From NCBI RefSeq assembly GCF_000008645.1, contig NC_000916.1:1307357-1339356 (forward strand): DNA of 32,000 bases, written 5' to 3'. Position numbers and translations under genes: made by a program. The stretch is from Methanothermobacter thermautotrophicus str. Delta H. Lineage in GTDB: Archaea > Methanobacteriota > Methanobacteria > Methanobacteriales > Methanothermobacteraceae. Shown piece by piece: positions 28,250 to 32,000 of the stretch; the first letter of the stretch is position 1, and each line of letters begins with the position of its first letter. The notes under the pieces were generated by a model. The model did not search any database. It was not told the DNA's origin and worked only from the letters and a program-made list of their open reading frames with translations.

Positions 28250-28911
28250 ATGATCAGGATAGACCCCCACATACACAGCGTATATTCTGGTGATGCGAGG
28301 GGAACCCCCAGGGAGATCCTCAGGAGGGCCTCAGCCGTGGGTCTTGATGCGGTGGCAGTTGCAGACCACAACACAATGAAGGGATCAATAATCGCCCTCA
28401 AGGAGTCCCGGGGAATGGGCATAACCGTGGTACCCGCAATGGAGCTCAGCACATCTGCTGGACATATCGTTGCCCTTGGCATCCAGGAGGAGATCTCGAG
28501 GGGACTCACTCCGGTCGAGACCCTGGATGAGATACATGACCAGGATGGAGTCGCCATAATACCCCACCCCTTTGTGAGGTACCGGCAGGGACTCTTTGTG
28601 AATGAGCGTAACATCCGTGTTGACGGCATCGAGACCCTAACTCCAGGTACATCGTGGGCTACTCGAACTGGAGGGCCCGGAAGTTTGCAAGGAAAAGAGG
28701 CATACCAGAGATAGGTGCAAGTGACGCCCACTTTCTGGAGGCCGTTGGAAGCTCCTTCACCCTGGTTGACTCTGAGGGCGAGGCTGATGATATAGTCAGG
28801 GCTATCCTTAAGGGAAAAACAGAGCCAGCAGGAAGCAGGACACCACTCCCACTCATTGTGAGGGAGGTCATAAACAAGAAATTACTTGGAAGGATGAGGG
28901 ATTATGTCTGA
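28250..28911 (+). pseudogene. PHP-domain (polymerase/histidinol-phosphatase-like) metal-dependent phosphoesterase with a net -1 frameshift near 28636-28642
   Basis: The PHP start reads MIRIDPHIHSVYSGDA. Frame A ends ...DGIETLTPGTSWATR...*. The alternative frame reads (ETL)NSRYIVGYSNWRARKFARKRGIPEIGASDAHFLEAVG and continues into ORF 28654-28911. Confidence 0.8.
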
Positions 28912-29055
28912 TCCTGATAACTCTAATTGGGCAGCACACCTCATATTTGACCCTCCCAGTGGAATCTATTCTTCAATAGCGTATGCGGGCATGGCACGGT
29001 CATCAGATGCATTGCAGCCCTCGACAGACATACCTCCTCAACATGGGGGAGTGAC

Positions 29056-29847
29056 ATGATATCTGAAATCATCGAGTTCCTTGAGAGCAACTTCTTTTAC
29101 CTGCACCCTGGTTACACACCACTGAACACGGTCGTATTCGGGATTGTACTCGGAATAGCTGTTCTGATAATACTCAGGATGTTCAGATGGCTTAAAAAGG
29201 ATCCAGGCGAGCTACTTGTGCCCCTGCTTCCCTTCATATTCCTGGGCTCCGGTGCAAGGGCCCTTGTTGATAACGGGATATACCCGCTAACACACCTTCT
29301 GGTAACCCCGGGCATATACATCCTTGTGGGCCTTACAACCATAGCAACACTAATAGCCGCGGTTAAACTTGAGGAGACCCGTGGCTGGGATTACAGGAAA
29401 CTTATATTTGCCACGGGCTCTGTCCTCGCTGCGCCCAACCTCATCAGCATACGTCACATAGATCCGGTACCCTTCCTCTCCGTCCTCGGAGTGTTCTCAG
29501 TTTTTTCAGCAGCATTTTACGCCCTGAGCTTGAGGTGGGAGTTCCTCCGGGGCAGGATGAACCTCCCTGTTATATATGCACACCTATTCGATGCATCCTC
29601 AACCTACGTTGCCGTTGACTGGTACGGCTATATAGAGCAGCATGTGCTGCCATCAGCCCTAACAGGCCTCACGGGCACTGCCATGGTCATGTTTCCCCTG
29701 AAGATGGCGGTTATACTGACGGCCCTCTATGCCATTGATAGATACGTTGAGTCCGATATGGATTCAGAGGCCCTCAAGCTTGTGATATTTATACTGGGCC
29801 TTGCCCCGGGTCTCAGAAATTTCCTGAGCCTGAGCATGGCGGTTTAA
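29056..29847 (+). CDS. Polytopic membrane protein, DUF63-like (archaeal family of unknown function)
   Basis: 263 aa with about 7 hydrophobic helices. The family assignment rests on overall resemblance only. Confidence 0.5.
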   Translation: MISEIIEFLESNFFYLHPGYTPLNTVVFGIVLGIAVLIILRMFRWLKKDPGELLVPLLPFIFLGSGARALVDNGIYPLTHLLVTPGIYILVGLTTIATLIAAVKLEETRGWDYRKLIFATGSVLAAPNLISIRHIDPVPFLSVLGVFSVFSAAFYALSLRWEFLRGRMNLPVIYAHLFDASSTYVAVDWYGYIEQHVLPSALTGLTGTAMVMFPLKMAVILTALYAIDRYVESDMDSEALKLVIFILGLAPGLRNFLSLSMAV

Positions 29848-29885
29848 TGGTTTTCTGTAAATTACCTGGCACCCGGGAACCCGGG

Positions 29886-29913
29886 TTATAACTTATAAGA
29901 TATAACTTATAAC
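29886..29913. repeat. Two direct copies of the TATAACTTATAA motif upstream of the leuA-type gene (same motif as at 10600-10649)
   Basis: 29886-29898 reads TTATAACTTATAA and 29901-29913 reads TATAACTTATAAC. A GC hairpin ACCCGGG-AA-CCCGGGT lies immediately before it at 29871-29886. Confidence 0.7.
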
Positions 29914-30016
29914 ATACTGTGTGTAAAAGCTTTTAATTGTAGCCCACAGAAATTTAAGCAGATAAAATGCCAGACCACGGGGAATCAAGATGTACATAGA
30001 AGAGGTTAAAGGAGAA

Positions 30017-31507
30017 ATGAATCTCCCGGAGAATGTCAGGATATTTGACACAACACTGAGGGATGGTGAACAGACACCTGGAGTGGCCCTCACAGTGGAG
30101 GAAAAGACGGGTATAGCAAGGAAGCTCGACGCCCTTGGAGTCGATACAATCGAGGCAGGGTTCCCTGCAGCATCTCCAGGTGAAATGAACTCCATAAGGA
30201 GAATAGTTGAACTCGGACTTGAAGCAAATATCTGTGGTTTGGCAAGGGTGCTCCGTGAGGACATAGACGCGGCAATAGACTGTGGAGTTGATTACATACA
30301 CACCTTCATAGGGACATCACCACTCCACCGGGAATACAAGCTCAAAATGTCCCCTGATGAGATAATAGACAGGGCGGTCTTTGGAGTGGAATATGCGGCT
30401 GAACATGGCCTGAAGGTTGAGTTCTCTGCGGAGGATGCAACAAGGACTGAATTTGATTACCTGGTTGAGGTATACCGTGCAGCCGAGGATGCCGGTGCCG
30501 AGATCATAAACGTCCCGGATACCGTCGGGGTCATGATACCCCGGGCCATGAACCACCTGGTATCCCGGCTTAAGGAGGAACTCAGGGTACCCATAAGCGT
30601 GCACTGTCACAATGACTTCGGCCTGGCAGTCGCCAACTCCCTTGCAGCGGTGGAGGCCGGGGCATCACAGGTACATGCAACAGTGAATGGTCTCGGTGAA
30701 AGGGCAGGAAACGCTGCCCTTGAGGAGGTTGTAATGGCCCTCATAACCAGGTATGACCTCCCGGTGGATATAAGAACCGTGGAACTCGTCAACATCTCAG
30801 AATTCGTCTCAAAGATAACCGGTGTCAGGATGCCCCCCAACAAGGCCATAGTCGGTGAAAACGCCTTTGCACATGAAGCCGGCATACACGTGCATGGAGT
30901 CCTTGAAAAGGCTGAAACCTATGAACCAATAACCCCTGAGATGGTGGGCCACAAGAGGAGGATAGTCCTTGGTAAACACACAGGAGCCAACGCCCTCAGA
31001 TCAAAGCTCCAGGAATACGGAATAGAGATGAAGGAGGAACAGTTCTGCACACTCTATGAACAGGTCAAGAGGCTTGGAGATAAGGGTAAGAGGATCACGG
31101 ATGCTGATCTGAGGGCCATGGCCGTCACCATCCTTGGAAAGGCCAGCAGGGAAATAGTGAAGCTGGAGGGCATAGCAGTCATGACAGGGGAGAGTGTGAT
31201 GCCAACAGCCACAGTTAAGCTCAGAATCGGTGACGAGGTCAAGACAACATCCATGACAGGGGTTGGACCTGTAGATGCTGCAATAAACGCCATACAAAGC
31301 CTTGTAAGTGAAACAGCAGACATAGAACTCGATGAATACAACATAGAGGCCATAACTGGTGGTACAAACGCACTTGCAGAGGTCTTCGTTGTCATGAGTG
31401 ACGGGGAGGGTAACAAGGCCACAGGAAGGTCCACCAGGGAGGACATAGTCATGGCGAGTGTTGAGGCAGTACTGGACGCCATAAACAAGATTCTGAGCCT
31501 TAAATAG
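30017..31507 (+). CDS. leuA: 2-isopropylmalate synthase / citramalate synthase family enzyme with C-terminal LeuA-type regulatory domain
   Basis: Carries the motifs [46 protein letters not shown] and a C-terminal [12 protein letters not shown] domain. AAAGGAGAA lies just upstream of ATG 30017, which I prefer over 29990. LeuA and CimA cannot be separated by eye. Confidence 0.85.
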
Positions 31508-31530
31508 AAAAGTGATTGAGCTGGTATGAT

Positions 31531-32000
31531 ATGGGGCCAGTTTCAACCTGCAAGCTCTTCGGTGCCGTGAGGGCGGTGACAGGCATAAAAAATGCAGTAC
31601 CCCTCATCCATGGCCCCAGGGGATGCGCATACCATATAGGCTATCTACTCACAGCCAGGGGCGGGCGGAGGATAGCTGTGGCATCAACAGAACTATCAGA
31701 ATCAGACGTGGTCTTCGGAGCATCAGAGAAACTCAGGGACAGGATAATAGAGGTTGACAGGACACGAAAACCTGATATCATAGTAATTATGAGTTCCTGT
31801 GCAACCAGCATAATCGGAGAGGATATAGGGCGGGTTGCAGATGAGACCTCAGAACTCGTGGACGCGGAGCTCATAACCGTCAGTGCCGGTGGATTTGAAT
31901 CCAGTCAGGGTGAGGGATATGAGGAGGTGATGATGGCACTCATCCATAAATTCTGCTGGAGGATGGAGCCATCATCTAAGCCTTCAGTCAACATAATAGG
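31531..32000 (+). CDS. Nitrogenase component-1-like oxidoreductase (NifD/NifE/NflD family; CfbD-type candidate), 5' part, runs off the window
   Basis: The frame is open from ATG 31531 to the window edge, so it is absent from the ORF track (no stop codon). Motifs CKLFGAVRAV, LIHGPRGCAYH, VVFGASEKLRDRI and SSCATSIIGEDIG are typical of this fold. Confidence 0.65.
   Translation, partial: MGPVSTCKLFGAVRAVTGIKNAVPLIHGPRGCAYHIGYLLTARGGRRIAVASTELSESDVVFGASEKLRDRIIEVDRTRKPDIIVIMSSCATSIIGEDIGRVADETSELVDAELITVSAGGFESSQGEGYEEVMMALIHKFCWRMEPSSKPSVNII

Noticed and set aside
29871-29886. ACCCGGG-AA-CCCGGGT could be a regulatory palindrome, for example an NrpR-type operator.
   Set aside because: It does not match the GGAA-N6-TTCC operator pattern. 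With a 2-nt centre it is more simply read as a short GC hairpin at the 3' end of the DUF63-like gene.
10600-29913. The shared ATAACTTATAAC motif at 10600 and 29902 could mark attL/attR ends of a 19-kb integrated element.
   Set aside because: The interval contains core methanogen genes (mtd, hisB, fae-hps, trpB2) and no integrase, tRNA target or compositional break. Identity also does not extend beyond the 12-13-mer.
1-32000. I looked for tRNA, rRNA, CRISPR arrays, IS elements or transposases, integrases and toxin-antitoxin pairs.
   Set aside because: I saw no cloverleaf-like GC-rich segments in the spacers, no regularly spaced repeat arrays and no transposase- or integrase-like ORFs. This was a by-eye search, so small RNAs could have been missed.

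Overview
This window looks like a chromosomal segment of a Methanothermobacter (M. thermautotrophicus-like) methanogen. All calls rest on motif recognition by eye, because no database search was possible.

**Gene content.** Hallmark methanogen genes are present: mtd, a fused fae-hps, trpB2 with TGTACA 'TRP boxes', a CbiA/CfbB-type amidase, and a nitrogenase-like NflD/CfbD-type gene running off the 3' edge. They are interleaved with housekeeping genes: argF (partial), argS, a signal peptidase, ilvD, thrS, hisB and a LeuA-type synthase. I count about 31 protein-coding loci. I saw no tRNA, rRNA, CRISPR array or IS element.

**Points worth a second look.**
1. Eight conserved genes are broken, six by net -1 frameshifts and two by in-frame TAG codons. 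All eight are accessory genes; no core housekeeping gene is hit.
2. A ParA/SegA-like ATPase is followed by a 97-aa protein that starts with a ParB-type N-terminal peptide. The pair sits behind a perfect 21-bp palindrome built from TTATAA-N-TTATAA units, and the same 12-mer recurs twice about 19 kb away, upstream of the leuA-type gene.
3. A Wzy-like polymerase, a GT-B glycosyltransferase and a stand-alone C39-like Cys peptidase lie on the same strand, with a MOP flippase nearby. This is my best candidate for an undescribed cell-envelope (possibly pseudomurein) assembly module.
4. An orphan protein with a basic tail and a zinc-ribbon domain lies behind a long AT-rich, structured leader. That leader contains a hairpin pairing CCUCC with GGAGG.
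5. An ASKHA (DUF1786-like) gene, a PHP phosphoesterase gene and a DUF63-like membrane-protein gene form a trio of unknown function.

Frameshift positions are approximate to a few nucleotides.
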